A stretch of DNA of 64,000 nt from Rhodosorus marinus CCMP1338 (lineage: Eukaryota > Plantae > Rhodophyta), in contig JAMWBK010000008.1 in the NCBI GenBank assembly GCA_029953675.1, positions 1,922,001 to 1,986,000 on the forward strand. The letters are read 5' to 3'. Position 1 is the first letter of the stretch, and every line of letters starts with the position of its first letter. The notes under the pieces are model-generated. The model worked only from the letters and a program-made list of their open reading frames with translations, had not been told where the DNA came from and searched no databases. Shown here one piece after another: positions 34,989 to 49,298 of this stretch. The translations under genes and the position numbers were made by a program.

Positions 34989-35725
34989 ATGGATGAGAAA
35001 GGTAAGAGCGGGATGGAGCGCAGAATAGAGGAATTGAAGCTGAGGTTGAACCAGGCTCGAAACTTGAACACGAAGGAGGTTGAGGCTGAGGTGAAGCGGT
35101 CTGGGATTGATGTCAAAGCGATATCAAAGAAAAAGCGTACGGAGGCTCGTCGGAAGGACAAGGCGGAGAGGAAGGCGTTGAAGGAATCTGGGGCTGTGTT
35201 TGTAGAGCGGAGGGTTTTGTCGGAGAGTGCTGGAGTGTTGGAGGAACGGGAAGAGCGGAAGGGAAAGAAGCGTGCCGCGCCTGAAGGGGAAGTCATATTT
35301 GGGGAGGATAACCTCCGACAAGCCTTCGAAAAGCGCTTGGAAAGCGTACCCGAGTACAGCGCACCAAAGGTCGTTACCAACGGAAGCAGTGACGACCTTG
35401 CGTATGGCCAAGCACCGTCCATTCCAACAGAAAACGTTGACAAAATGGTGCGTGAAGAAGTATTGATGATGCTGTACAGCTATGATTTGTACAACAAAAG
35501 CTAAGAAAAACTCATATCCCTATTGAACAACAGGTCCAGGAGCTGGAGGCAACAACACAAAGGAGGGAGAAGTTCAGTCGGAGACGTGCGTTCCTCGAGG
35601 ACGAAATTGATGTCGATTTCATCAACGAGAGAAACCGCAAATTCAACAACAAAATCTCTCGAGCATTTGACAAATACACCGCAGACGTCAAACAAAGCCT
35701 GGAGCGTGGAACCTCTCTACCATGA
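34989..35725 (+). CDS. SYF2: Pre-mRNA splicing factor SYF2, 2 exons
   Basis: The spliced C-terminus reads VDKM|VQELEATTQRREKFSRRRAFLEDEIDVDFINERNRKFNNKISRAFDKYTADVKQSLERGTSLP*. Confidence 0.92.
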
Positions 35726-36099
35726 GCAGACCCTCCGAGGCTTGCCAACTTCCTCCCCGGAAGAAGTCGCTGGCACCTGGACACGACCCACCTCTTCTTG
35801 TGTACATACATGTATCTTCGCTTTTTTTTTTATTTGTTCGTCTTTATACAACGCGGCGTAGAGAAGACTTGCGGAATACTGGTCTTCTTTTCGGCTTTTC
35901 TTTCCCCCTATAGGTTTGTGCTAATAATAAAATTTCCACGGGTTAGTTAAGTTTAGTATAGTCTTTCTCATCGGGTCTTTCCAGATGAATTGGCTTCTGC
36001 AGTCGTGATCAACAAATGCTTTCCCTCTCATTGATCTGGATGCCAGGTTACTTCAAGGTTCTGCTCGCGTCGCGAAACAGCCCGTTGTATCGTTCCTGG

Positions 36100-39000
36100 T
36101 CACTGATTGTAGTCCGCTTGCGACGTCTTGCAATCGAGCCTGGCACTCCTTTGTGCACGGCTCTGTCGTTGCCGTTGAGTGGCTCCGACGTCTGTCGAAT
36201 CCGATTTTTTCCCTGCACCAAGCAGGGATGACGAATTCACCCCGGCAGATGTGCGTCCTGATCGCACATCCCTGACCTTGAGCTGCGACGATTCTTCCTC
36301 TTCTCCCGCGGGGTTCACTTCAACTTCCCCGCCTTCCGTTGGCTCAGCTGGAGGGTCTTTTGCGCTCCTTCCCTGTTCCACTCCCAGTTCTTTCCCCGGA
36401 GAATCTGTGGTGTTCTCATCCAACACGGCGAAGCGGGCGGAAGACAGCTCGGATTCTGGATCGACCACGGTCAAGTCCTCTGGGTCTTGCTTGTTATAAA
36501 TCAATGGGTCCTCTGAAACCCCAATAGCATTCGGGGTTCTGTCAGCAGGTTGTTCCTGGTGCTCTGACGTCACAGCTCCCAATGATTGACTGCGTATCGC
36601 CATGGCTCTGCGCTTCCTCGGGGTCGTCGAGCGATTTTTCACGGCAGGCTTGATATCGCTTTCTTGCGAGCTTGGTTTCCTTGGAAGGGGCATGTCAATC
36701 CGCTGATCACCTGCGACATACTGCTCCTGTTCGCGTGGCGAGAGTTCTACTGCAATGGCTTCGCCTGTACTGTTAAGCTGGTCTAGATCCGAGGGGGTCG
36801 GGAATCGACTAGAATCAACCTCCGCAGCGTCCGCATGCAGTGTGGCCGTTGCCCGCTCCCTTCTCGGCGGAGTACGTCCGTTCTCGATCCCCGTCCTAGT
36901 CCCTCCTAGCACGTCTGATTCGATCTGTAAATACTCCTGCGCGATGACAGCTTCACTATCCGATTTCTCAGCCAGCCCTCCAGATATTCTCATCTTGCGA
37001 CTTGTGACAGGATCAGCTCCGCTGCGGGTACTCCCTGTTCGTCTCGGATGTGTGTCCAAGTCGGATCGCTTGTCAGATTCCTTGGAAGCCACTTTCCCGT
37101 CTTTCGACTCTCCTATTAACCTCTGAGCCCCTCTCTCTTCTCTGTCAGTTCCACGGTCTTGTGTCTCCTCGCCTTTCGATTTTTGGATCTGCTTCGCGGA
37201 CGATCGCTCCGCGCCACGTTCCTCCTCATGGCCCGATACATTTTCCAATTCGCCAGCATGACTTCGTCTAGTGGGTCTGCTTCGGGGGGGTGCGCCTGCA
37301 TCTTCCAGCAAGCGTCTCTCTGCATCGCTTGGAGCAGCGACAGGTCGTACGGTATGGTTTTCACGTCCTTCTCTGTCGACCGATTCCGCGAAGACCGGCT
37401 TGTCAACTGCTGTAAGTCCAACAATCTCCGGCACCCCGGAAGTTGGCAGTTGGTCTTCGGACTTTTTGTTCTCTTGTCTCTCCGAGGTCTCGAATACAAT
37501 GTTCGGCTCCACAGTTTGATTCTTCGCCCTGCTTTGCCCTCGTGTTTCTTCAGAATTAGTAAGTTTTTCTTGCTTGTCAATGGGCGCATCTGGGTGGACC
37601 GGTTTGGTCGGCTCCTGCACAATCTGCTGGTTTTCCTCAAGGGCTTGCGTATCCTTCATGCCACCGGTTGATCGTTTTGGATTCGTCTTCTCGCCTGCTG
37701 ACTTTCTCGTCTTCACCACCACAGCATCCACTGTACCAGGCTTCTTCGCGTGCTTCGATCTCCTAGATCGACGGCCATTTCCGCTCTCCTTGCTTCGCTT
37801 CTTCGGTTGGGGCGTTTCTCTTGCTTCCAGAGCTTTATCGAGTTGGGTGGATTTCTTGGACTCGGTTTTGGGGTCGACGTCGATATCAACGCTAGTTCCT
37901 GATTCTATCACACCGGCTTCGATACTCCCTGCCGCTAGCTTGACTTCGGTATCCACATTCTCTGCTGATCGCTTGATCTCGATTTTTGGAGTCACGGCGT
38001 ATGACTTGAGCTCTGCTGTGGCCGCTGTTGCGGATTGCTCGACCTCCACTTTAGCGTCCTTCGTAGATTCCGCTTCTACCTCCGGTTCCAATTGGCGCGA
38101 AGATTCCGCTTCTACCTCCGGTTCCAATTGGCGCGAAGATTCCGCTTCTACCTCCGGTTCCAATTGGCGCGAAGATTCCGCTTCTACCTCCGGTTCCAAT
38201 TGGCGCGAAGATTCCCCTTCCGCAGTTTCTCGATCTGCAGCACTGTCCACGACTCGGACTTCGCCTTGCTTCCCTGAACTCTCCCCTTCACGTGGTTCTG
38301 ACATCACGGATGCTGTTTTCCCCGGTTCTCGCTTTTCAATTGATGGAGCTGGTTCTCCTGAAAGGCGTGGTTCTGTTGGCTTGGAATCACTTGCAAGAGT
38401 ACTACCTTGACTCAGTTCGTAGGTGAGTTCCGCATCTGCTTCCGCAGTGGTTCCCGCTGCACGCCTTTCAGGCTTTGCCCCAGCTTTTCTGCCGCGACAT
38501 TGACCGTTCTTCGCTCCCGTCTGTTCGACCTCCATTTCGTCGGTCTTTTCAACGGGAACCTGCTGACGCGACTCGGTGGTCTGTTGCTCCTTAGCACCAG
38601 CTTCCTTGCTTTCCTGAGAAGCGCCTTTAGTGATTTCCTTGCTGGTCGTGGCATCCTCTGGCACCTGAGTCGTCCGCACTGCTTGAACTGAAACTGAAGA
38701 TTGCCTCCCCACCAAGGACGGGGTCTCAGATTTCTCCACAGCTCGGCTTTTACTACCCCTCGGAGTTTTCTTCCGTTCTTTCTTTCGCGACTCTCCCTCG
38801 CTCAGTATGCGACGTTTTCGGGTTGGTTTAACCTTCTCCGCTGGGATTTGTGGAGTGGCGATCGGAGCCTTTCCTGATTCAAGCTCTTCTTCCTCCTCAA
38901 CGTACTCGGAAGAGGCGTTCGCCTTCATCACTGGTTTCTCATTCTTGTTGGATTCACCTGGAGGCTGATCTCGTGTTCTACGTGGCTCTGCACTTGCGGA

Positions 39001-42000
39001 GCTGCCAGCGGGAGTCAATCCTGAAGACGCTCCTGTTGGTTCAGAAGCAATCCTAGCTGGTGCGGGATCCGCCTCCGTCGCCGCAGGGACGGCTCGCGGA
39101 GTTGACTTTTCTGCACTTGCGCTGGTTTGCCTTAGTTCCTTGCCTGCACGACCCGCTTCCCCGTCGTTAGTTCGCTCCCTCTCCTTGGCTCTAGTTGAGC
39201 CCTTGGGCCTTCCCCGCCGTCCACTGGTCGCAGTTGGGGCTGATTTAATAGGTGTTGCCTGAGATCCTGGTGCTTCGTCACCCTGAGGGCCATTTATTGC
39301 TTCAACGGTCAACTTCTTCGATACCGCAGAAGGCTGAGCCGGTGTCTTTGCTTCCTCTTTCCTTTCTACTTGCTGATTAGCATCGTTCGTTTTCTCAGGA
39401 GTCTTTCTGGGCCTGCCCCGAGGCCTTCGTTGAATCTTCACTTCTTCTTCCTCGTAGTCTTCATCATCGTCCTTCTCAGATTCAGATGACTCAAGTTTAG
39501 GGATCGAACCTTGGTCGTTCTCACCCCGCGAAATCATATCAACGTCGCTGTCGAACGAAGTTCCGTCCATTCTTCGGCTAACCCTCGCTTCGAATTTTCT
39601 TTGCTTTGCCAACGCCGCTTCGTTCAAATCTTCTCCAGACTCCAAAAGGTTGGTGATTTCCAGTTCAGTAAGATTATCCGCGTAGCACACTTCCTTCCTC
39701 TTTCTCCGGCCTCGACCCATCTGCTCTTCCTTTTGGACTTCGACAGGTTTGTCCGGAGCCAATACCCAATCCGGAAGGTCATCTTTGGACAAGAGAAGGC
39801 GATCGCTTTCCCACTCCCCACCGGCTTCCTTTCTTGCTGCCTCCAAATCTTCAGCTTGCTTATCCATATCCATAAATGTTTCGAACTCCTCCTCTCCCCT
39901 GGCGATGAGCTTGTTCAGGAGCTCCTCCGTCGGAACGCCCTCCTCCTCTCTGTTGGACTCCTCAGCCTTGTGGTCCCGAAGCATGTTCTTAAGGAGCTCT
40001 CTTCTCTCAGCGTCCGAACTTTTGTTGTCAAACCTTCCGGCCTGAATGATGAGCTGGTCCTTGCGGAGTTTTTGGTTTGCTTGCTCAAGGATCTTCTCCT
40101 CAACCGTGTTCGCCGAGACCAGTCGAAAAACTCGCACTTCATTCTTCTGACCAATTCGCCAAACACGATCTTGCGCTTGTAGATCCATCTGCGGGTTCCA
40201 GTCGCTGTCCAAGAAAATTACAGTATCCGCCGTTTGCAAGTTCAAGCCCAATCCACCAGCGCGGGTGGAGAGAATGAACACTCTGAATTCGTCGGATGAA
40301 TTGAACATGTCCAACATGTCCGGTCGATCATCCGCTTTGGTCCTCCCATCTAATCGTAAGTACTTGACTTTCATATGTTCAAGCAGGGTGCCGAGGTAGT
40401 CGAGTGCTGTAGTCATTTGAGAAAAAATTAGACACTTGTGGTTGAACCGGAACAGCTTTGGCAAGACGCGAGACAAAAACTCGAACTTTCCGCTTGAGCG
40501 CACGAGAAACGAGCTTGGCAATGTCCAGACTTGATCGTCGTCGTAGAAGAGAAACGGATGGTTGCAGATTTTCTTCAGCTGCATGATCATATTGTTGAAC
40601 CTCTGAAACCCCGCTCCATCTCCAAGGGACACAGCAGCTTTGTTCTGTACCTGGCGATACAGGACCTTCTGCCATTCGGATTGCTGGCAACGAATGACGG
40701 TCTCAATTTTATCCGGAAGTTGTGACTCAACTTCCGACTTCAGACGCCGAAGGAGAAACGGTCTCAACACTTGATGTAACCGATTGATAATAAGAAGTTT
40801 TTCCTCTTCGTTCAGACCCTGAGTTTCCCCCGACCCACCAAGACTTTTCTCCTGTCACAATTCAATGGAATGAAAAACAGTTTGAGCAACTAGAACGGGC
40901 TTGCCCGCCAAAGGTCATTAATGGCTTGGTTACGCGCCTCTCCGCGCCAAGTTGGCCTTACCTGAAATGGGGCACTAAACCAGTGCTCAAAATTCTCGGC
41001 GGTCTGGAAGATTTCCGGCAGAAGAAAGTTCAGCAATGCCCACAGCTCCGTCAGGTTGTTCTGGAGGGGTGTTCCCGTCAACAGCAAACGATTATTCGAG
41101 CGATAATGCGTCGCAAGTATTTGGGCTAGCTTCCCGTCAGCGTTCTTCATCCGGTGCCCTTCATCGACAATGACGTGCCTCCACTTTGACTTTCCCAGAA
41201 CTTTCTTGTCGCGCACAACAAACTCGTATGTTGTCAACAACACATTGAGATCGTTGTTGCCCTTTAAGTATTTTAGTTGGAGCGCCTTCCGCGCGTTCGG
41301 GTCTCCTCGATAGACTACTTTTGTAGCGGAAGGTAGCCAGAGGTCCATCTCGCGTACCCAATTCCCCATTGTGGAGAGAGGCACGATGATCAGGAACGGC
41401 CCCTGCACGTCTTTAGATTCCATGAGGTAGGCAATGAGCGAAATGGTCTGTATCGTCTTCCCGAGTCCCATCTCATCTGCGAGGATTCCATTCAGCCGAT
41501 TGTTGAAGAGGGAAACCATCCACTTCAACCCCTCGAGCTGATAGTACTTCAGGGTGCCCCCTACAAGTATGGAAGGCTGCCTAACCTCCTCCTTGATTGT
41601 GTGAGTTATGGAGTAATACTCGTCACGTCGCCGTCGCATTGACTCATACAGGGTATTTCCCCCTTTTTCTTCCTCCTTCTCCTCGATTGCTACGTCCTCC
41701 TCGCCCTCTTTACTATCATCCGCGAGACGCTTCTGCATTTGCACTTGCGCACCTAACTGTTTCATGTACTCACCGGTCTGCTCCAGAAGATGCATAACGC
41801 GATCGCTCTTCGTCTCCTCAAGGAGTTTCATATACTCCTCCTCATTGTTCTCCTTGAGAGCCTTGAACCGGTCCTGCTCGAGTTTCTTCCGCTGTCTCTC
41901 TCGCTCCTTCTCCTTCTGAACGTGGTATTTCTCAGTATCCCTGCACAGCTTCAAGCGTGCCTGATTCCGGTTGTTTTGCCAATCACGGAAGTTGGCGACG

Positions 42001-44600
42001 TGCTCCATGAGAAGGCCCAGGCTACGCTTCCTTTCTTGTCTCTGTCGATCCTCCATATCCCTTCGCTGCTTCATGACTTGCCTCGCAACTCGATTGCGAT
42101 GAATAACTGAGCCGTGAATCGTGTCCTCGTGCTCTCGTCGTCGGGTGGGCATCGCTTTCCCTGACCTTCGGATTGGCGCTACTAGGCTTCTTAGCACGTC
42201 CCTAGTACTAGTTCGGACCTTGCGCTGTAGCTGTAAAAGCCGGATCTTCTTCATTTCTATCACGGCCCGACGTCTAATCTCTTCTGGAAGCTCCAAGGGA
42301 AGGTCGTGGAGTTCTACGAGGCGATTCCCCATCCGATCTATCATTTCCTTCTCACGCATCTCGAGCATAAGACGTGAAACTTGCTGCTTCGACTTTCGGT
42401 GTTTTACTGCCTGCTGAGCGTTTTGGCTCATGAGCTTTCGCCCATTGCCGATTTCATGATCAAAATGCCCGTTCCCTTTGTTCACTTGAGCGGACTTCTC
42501 GCTCTGATGTTCTGGAGACGTCTTCAGGGCCCTTTCCTTTTCCCTTGCCAGCTTTTGCATCGGAAGTCCGTTCTCTGTGTTTTGAATGTTTACCCGCACA
42601 GCACCTTGCCCCTGCCCGAGCGGTTCGGGGTTAACCTTTTTTTCATTCATTCTTTCAGAGCTAGTTAGGCCTTTAGAATTCGACGACGCGGAAAACTGCT
42701 CGACGGTAATGCCCGGCGTGTGAGCTGGTTCTGTCCTCTTCCGTTCCAAGTTAGAATTATGCAGCGTGACATTTCCCTTTGCCGGATCTGGGTCCAGCTC
42801 AACGCCCGCTACTGGTTGCATCAGTGCCTGTCGTCGGTTGAACAGCTCCTCTTTTTGCTCCATTAGCTGTCTGTTGAAGAGCTCTTCCTTTTGCTCCATA
42901 AGTTTCTGCAGTTGGAGCTCGAGTTCCGAAGAGCCATTCGCGGCTTTCCGATCCTTGCGATTGTCTTGTTCATTCGCAAGCGGATTCGCTGCGCCGCCAT
43001 CATTAGCTAAGGAAACTTGCGGCTTGAACGCCTCGCGGGAAGCCTTGTCGGCGACTAAGCCCTCCAGCAGTCCTTCCGCTGTCGCGTCCTGGGCATTCGA
43101 CTGAATCTGGTTCTGCCCCTGAATCAGCGCCTGGATCTGAGGCTGCAAGTTCGTGGCTACTTGAGGTTGAAGCGGAGTCTGGCTCTGTATCTGGGCGTGA
43201 AGTGCTGCTTGAAACTGGGCTTGCATCTGAGCCTGCATTCGCACTTGTTCTTGCATGTGCGCTTGCCTCTGGGACTCCATAGTATTCTGCAGGTGTGTGT
43301 TGACTTGGTCATTCTGCATCTGGGTCTGGCCCTGCGGTTCCTGCATCATGGGGTGCATCTGTCCGTGGAGTTGGGCCGGTCCTCCTTTCATGGCTCGCAT
43401 CTTTTGACTTTTCAGCATCTGTGGGTCGACTTGCCTTTGGAATTGTTGCTTCAGCATCTCTTGCTGTAACCGTTGCTGCATTAAATTCTGGGTTTCCGCC
43501 TGCTGCGTTTGTTGCTGCATATAGATTTGATTCGCCATCTGCACGGACAATTGCGCGTCCTGCTCGTTCATCGGTATTTTTTCAGGCTGGGTTTGTTGCG
43601 TTCGCATGAGCATTTGCATCTGCAGCTGCTTGTCGTCGAATTTCTCCATCGACTCCCTCTGACCTTGCCGTACACCTGACATGAGGAAAGCTTTGTCCTG
43701 ATTCGCGTACTGCCATGCGCTCTCTTTCGCAACGTCACTGCCCGCATTCGATCCGGACTCCACACCGAGCATCGGTCCTGACTGCATTAACGCGTCTTGA
43801 GCTGCCGCAAGCTCGCTTCCATAGGGGAAACCTTGTTCCGGTGCCATTCCGGCCCCTGGTGAGTTGTTCACCGATTGTACCATGTCGTTCATAGCTAGCT
43901 GTCTTGATAGTAGCAACGAAGGATCTTCCCGTTGTAGTTTTGTACGTGGGCTGCTCTTCCTCGCTGAACCTACAGCCATCTGATTGTTATGGCTGTTTGC
44001 CAGGTTAGTATTCACCCCCATCAGCGCTGCGTTTCCCTCAGTCGGATACAGGAGTTCGTCCTAATCAGGTGAAGTTACCAGGCACAGTGAAAAAAAGTTT
44101 AGCAAAGCGGAGCTCCAGATAGAAATAGTTTAGCAAAGCGGAGCTCAAGATAGAAATAGTTTCGTTTGGAACTCATGCGGCAACACCAAGAAACGTTGGC
44201 AGCTTACCGATGCCTGCCCACGTCCTTGATTATCCTGCGGGCGAAGTAAGCCTTCCACACCCGAATCACCATTAAATAAACTCGAACCCATTTGCGACTC
44301 ATCTACAACTCCCAAGTCAAGACCGTTTCCGAACTTCCAGTCGTTTTGGGTCATACTTGGCTCGCCCACAGGAGCCTTGCCACCTATGAGCTCGTCTACG
44401 GCCGCGTCCTTTCCCATTGCCAATGCGAAAGCACCGTCCATGCCCCCGGGCACTCCGTCTCTGTCGTGCGGCTGTCCTTGTAGAAACCTCGACCCCATAG
44501 AAGACTCTCCCAGAAGCTCAGCCATCTGCCCGGGCGGCTGAAGCTCCTGTTTCAACCTCCCCCGCCCATAGAATTCCTCCTCGAACGCTCTCGGGTCCAT
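36100..44600 (-). CDS. SNF2: SNF2/BRM/SYD-type SWI/SNF ATPase with Q-rich N-terminus, HSA, SnAC-like region, AT-hooks and a ~1000-aa disordered tail, 3 exons
   Basis: [70 protein letters not shown] and [13 protein letters not shown]; AT-hooks RPRGRPRK and RRGRPKG. In-phase GT-AG introns at 44207-44061 and ~40960-40852. Confidence 0.95.
38065..38215. repeat. Four perfect 36-bp coding tandem repeats ([12 protein letters not shown])
   Basis: AGATTCCGCTTCTACCTCCGGTTCCAATTGGCGCGA x4 plus a 7-bp partial copy, with no spacers. Confidence 0.97.
44096..44162. repeat. 31-bp tandem duplication in SNF2 intron 1
   Basis: AGTTTAGCAAAGCGGAGCTC(C/A)AGATAGAAAT x2 plus AGTTT. Confidence 0.9.
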
Positions 44601-45835
44601 GTTCCCTTCCAAACTCAATTCGCCTCAACGGACAAAACACACGCTCCCCAAACCGAATCCAATTCACCTCTCACAATACATGAACACAGATACCTTCAAC
44701 CGTTGGAGTTTAATTCTCTCCATGTTGAACATCTCCTACATATATAGATTCAACCAACCCCAGCCGATAAACCAAATGCTTTGCAACTGTGAAGCTTCCT
44801 CCCCATGACCTCATGTTCTCAAAAGTCGGATGGACAACGCGAAGCCTGAGACTGGTTCCCAAAAACAAGTTTTGGGCGATACACTCGGAAATCTCTTGGG
44901 CATGCAGGTATGCATAGAGCCTCGGAAAACGTGTTCACCTTCACATGGAAGATTATCGGGAACCAAAAGAAACGGGATTTCAGAAAGTTAGAATGCGAGC
45001 CGAATGTGCTCTTCTTCTTCGGTCTGAATGACGAGCCCAAAGCGCTTTCCCACAAAGCGCCTCACCAAACTCAATTTTTTCACTGACGTTTTCACCCCCC
45101 TATACCTTGCTCAGGGAGAAAAGCAGTCCTTCAAAAACCTTCCAGAATCTGCTAATATGTCCATTGTATATATTGATAAACCCCCCCCTCAGCGATATCA
45201 AAAATGAACGAACTCCCAGCACAGCCCTTGTATTTTTTTTGGTTGTCCCAACATAAAAATCTTACTAAAGTTTGTATTAGTTCGTCAGAGAGGAGGGGGG
45301 GTAATTTGTTTCCAGAAGGCGATCTAATCCTCCATTTCAGGCTAAACTAGAAGAGTTTGTTTTTAACGCAACGGAATAGCATGGGTACGCTAGTATATTA
45401 ACTGGTAGTATCTACAGAGTAATTTCCGTAGTAGGAGTCCGTCACCTATTGACGAGGGGCACGTGTTCATAGTTGATTTGCTTATGGTTTTTTTTTTGGC
45501 GCGAACGGATCGATGTTGTGGGTCGCATCGCTAAGTGCAGAGTAAGAAAGTGCCCCGTTTCAATTAGACAAGCCCGATTCCTCGGTGACGAAGAAGCTAC
45601 TCAAGCAAAGGCCTATGATCTGAACTCTATCGTCACCTTCAGTCCAGCGGCGCCTTTCGCGTTTGACGTCCGTATTCGTGCAGGTGTTCTGCTTCTGGAA
45701 CTTCTGGCCGGCTCTACGAGTGACGGGCCAGATGAGGCGATGGTCTTGGCGAATCGAGGATTGGATTGTTTGCTTGAATGTGCGGAGGCAGCTCTCTGTT
45801 GACGGAGAAAGTTTGCCGGCGGAGGGAACAGTCCG

Positions 45836-48800
45836 ATGGACTGGAGGATTTTGACAAGATTCGCGCATCGAGTCGACCGCTGTGGTAGGAGATTTATGGG
45901 AAGGTCAGCGTGGCGACCGAAACTGGGAAAAGGAAACGCTAGGACCGAGGAGGAGTGGTTGAATTTGAAGGCTAAAAGGAAATGGGCAACGCGGAATCAC
46001 GAGTTTAAGGAGCTCCTGGACAGGAGGAAGGGCATGAGCAATCTCCCAGCAGATGATGTTTCCGCTTTCCGAAGACCTCCCCCAGTGAGGACCCCAGCAG
46101 GTGACTTCAAAAGGCGCCTGAGAAGCTTGCATGGTGGGACGATTCGGGTGTTTGATAACACTATCAGCATCCAGGATTTTGCCGCAAACCTCTCGGCGCC
46201 GACGGAAGATATTCTGGAGGCAATGAAGTACCTCGGAGAGGCTGACCTGTCTCCTACATCGATGCTATCCAGAGAGGACGCGGAGATTCTCGCATCAGAA
46301 CTTGGATGCAAAATAGTGGAATTCAAACCAAGACTAGATGATCGAACGCGAACGGAAGTGGCAGACGTTGAGGTGCTCAAGTCCCTTCCGTATGCGTTTC
46401 AATCCAGTCCTAGCAACGTTTGCCCTTTGTGTTTGTGTATTTCTGACCCATAATCTCGTGATCCTCCAGGAGACGACCGCCGGTTATTACTGTCATGGGA
46501 CACGTCGACCATGGGAAAACTACCATTATAGACTGGCTGAGAAAGAGTAACATCGTTAAAGGAGAAGTTGGGGGAATCACACAGTCTATAGGTTCCTTCA
46601 AGGTTTCCACAAGGGCTTTTGACGGCAAGAAATCTCATCTCTGCATCATCGACACTCCAGGTAAGCTTCGAGTCGCCTCAGGAGAGCTGCTTACTTCCTC
46701 TGGTCGAGCAACACTCCTTGGGGGGGGGGGGCGCGGGGAGGTTCTCAACCTCGAGTTGTCAAATCTATCTCGCTCGGAAGTGCTTGAGTCGGTGCTCAAT
46801 GCCGTCAAGAGAATTGTTTTGAGGCCGTTGTTTTGCATGTTCTAACCGGGGTTTGACCTTGTCCGTGTAGGTCACGCAGCTTTTCAACAGATGCGAGAAC
46901 GTGGGGCCAACGTTACCGACATTGTCCTACTGGTGGTCGCTGCTGATGATGGCCCTCTTGCAACGACCTTGGAGGCGATCAACCAAGCAAAGCATGCAAC
47001 TATTATAGTTGCGATTAACAAGATTGATTTGCCGAATGCTGACGTCGTTAAGACGAAAAAAAAGTTGGCTGAAGTCGGAGTGCTGGTACGTAGGGTTCCT
47101 CGAAAGCGAGAGTTTCATGCTTAAGAATGAGTGTTTCCAGTTTAGGGACTAGTACCAGCTCCGAGCTGTCCCAAGCTTTCCTGACTGGTTCCTGTCATCA
47201 CCACTAGGTCGAGGAACTTGGAGGTAAAACGCAATGCGTAGAAGTCTCCGCAGTGAAAGGAACCAACATGGAAGTATTGGTTGAGACCATCTCGTTTCAA
47301 GCTGACCTACTCGATCTGCACGCGGATCCGTCGGCTCCTGGCGAGGCGGTTTGCCTTGAAGCCTACGTGGACAAGAAAACTGGTCCAATGGCGAAGGCAA
47401 TCGTAAGGTAGGACGTTGTTCTGGCCCCGGACTTTCGCATATTTTGCGCTTCAAGCGCTGGTTAACAGAGTTTTGCCCTACAGTAGCCTTTTCCGGGCCT
47501 GTGGAACAGTTCCCTGTCCTAGAGAGTAACCGATTTACCAGGGAGTGGAACCGGTTGGATTCGGGCCTGGTCAGTGACTAACTTGCCGGCTTTCGCATGT
47601 TGTCTCCATTTCAATGTGTAAACGTGCTCGTTGTAGGTGGGGAACTTTGCGACCAGGCGATATCATAGTATGCGGAAAGACGCATGGGCGGGTTAAGTTT
47701 CTTAGGGATGAGCACGGGAACAATCTCAAGGATGCGCCCCCATCTACGCCGGCCCTGCTATGCGGGCTCAGAGAATGCCCTGAAGCTGGCTCCGACATTC
47801 TTGTCGTTGAAAGTGAAAGAGAGGTGAACAAGGTACTTCGCTCTAGGGAAGAGATTCAATCGGCGCACGTCGACCTGGGACAAGAGGAAGCCGTTCCCAT
47901 GGAGGAGTACGACAAAACCAAACCACCCTTAGGGAGCGCCAACTTCATGGGGTATTTGCTAACCAGTCATTTTGATCAATTGCGATGGTACCAGACGAAA
48001 CCTTCCAGGGGATCTCTATCAGACAGCCGCCGTGTTTATTATTAAGGCCGTTGACCAGGGCTCGTTGGAGGCAATCCATGTAGCGCTTCAGGGGCTAGAG
48101 AAAAAAGGCGTAAAGATGTACATATTATCATCTTCTGTGGGCGACGTAAAGAGAGGCGAAGCGAACATTGCGTATCGGATGAACGCAACGATCCTTGCCC
48201 TCGGGGTAAAAACTGATCGGGAGGTTCCACCCTTGTTGGCGGAAATGAGGGGCCGTTGGAAAGCTGAAAGAGCCGTTCCGGGGTCCGGAGTACCCGAGCG
48301 GGCTTTTTTCGCGGTAGGAGACTTGCAGCCATAGAATCCAATCACCGTCGGCCTTAGATTGGGCGCTTGGATCGTTTCTGACTCATTGCACCCGTCTCTT
48401 TTCAACCATAGATTCGAAATCACCGGGTCATATACAGACTATTGGAGGACGCGGAGAACATTTGCAAAATGAAAGCGATAACAAAGTATAGGGACGTGGT
48501 GAGAGGAACAGCCACTGTTCTCAAGGTACGACCCGAAAAGTTCCCCCTCCCCCTTTGAGTCTTTGCTCTTTGGCTCATGTAACCCCCAGACTAACATAGC
48601 CTGCATTGGGTCTCCGGGCACTCTGCGCCGCAGGTGTTCAATTTTGGACCGAAGATTGGTCTTATACTCGGCTGCAGGGTTGACGACGGAGAGTTGACCA
48701 TCAAGGCAAAGGCACGCGTCAAGCGAGGTACCGAAACCGTGTTCGAAGGCCCTATATCCAGTTTGAAGATCGTCAAGGACGAAGTTATGAAGGTATCATC

Positions 48801-48921
48801 AGGAACTGAATGCGGGGTGGGCATGACTGGTGCGGAGCTAATTGAAGAGGGAGACGTCATCGAAACTTTCGAAGTGGTCAAGAACGATTTCGAAAGCCTT
48901 CCCACAATTCTTTCCACTTAG
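45836..48921 (+). CDS. infB: Translation initiation factor IF-2, organellar (probably mitochondrial), multi-exon
   Basis: Spliced [30 protein letters not shown]|[38 protein letters not shown] and [19 protein letters not shown]. Confidence 0.93.
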
Positions 48922-49298
48922 CGGCCCTAAATGTGGAGAAACCAGAGATCAGATGGGCTTCCCCAGTGGACAATTTGCTCAGTGGTTGCTTCTGCGCTGG
49001 TTCGTCAATGAACGCGTGCGCTAGTCTTCCCTTTGGGATCAGTAATGCGTAATAATTCTGCAGTGCTCGATTGCCCCCTGCAAGATGACTTCCAGCTTTC
49101 TCGAAGGAAGCGAGGTTCATGTTTCCGTCAATCTGATGGTTCGTACGGAGGCTTTTCCGGGGCGAATATCTGCTTAGTATGCTGGATCCTGATTGATTGG
49201 AAGCCGCTCTTGGCGGTAGGACAAGCCTCTTCGTTTATTTCGTAACTAAGGAATAGAATTTTCAAGCAGAAACAAGACGGACATGTCCTACGGATGCC

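Noticed and set aside
34688-35443. 251-aa minus-strand ORF
   Set aside because: Antisense shadow of SYF2 exon 1.
38065-38215. 36-bp repeats of CRISPR-like length
   Set aside because: Head-to-tail with no spacers, in frame inside a eukaryotic exon, and no cas genes.
17774-44600. Two SNF2-family genes as a tandem cluster
   Set aside because: They belong to different subfamilies (DDM1 versus SNF2/BRM) and are separated by unrelated genes.
46719-46730. Poly-G run in an IF2 intron
   Set aside because: Simple homopolymer whose length may be a sequencing artefact.
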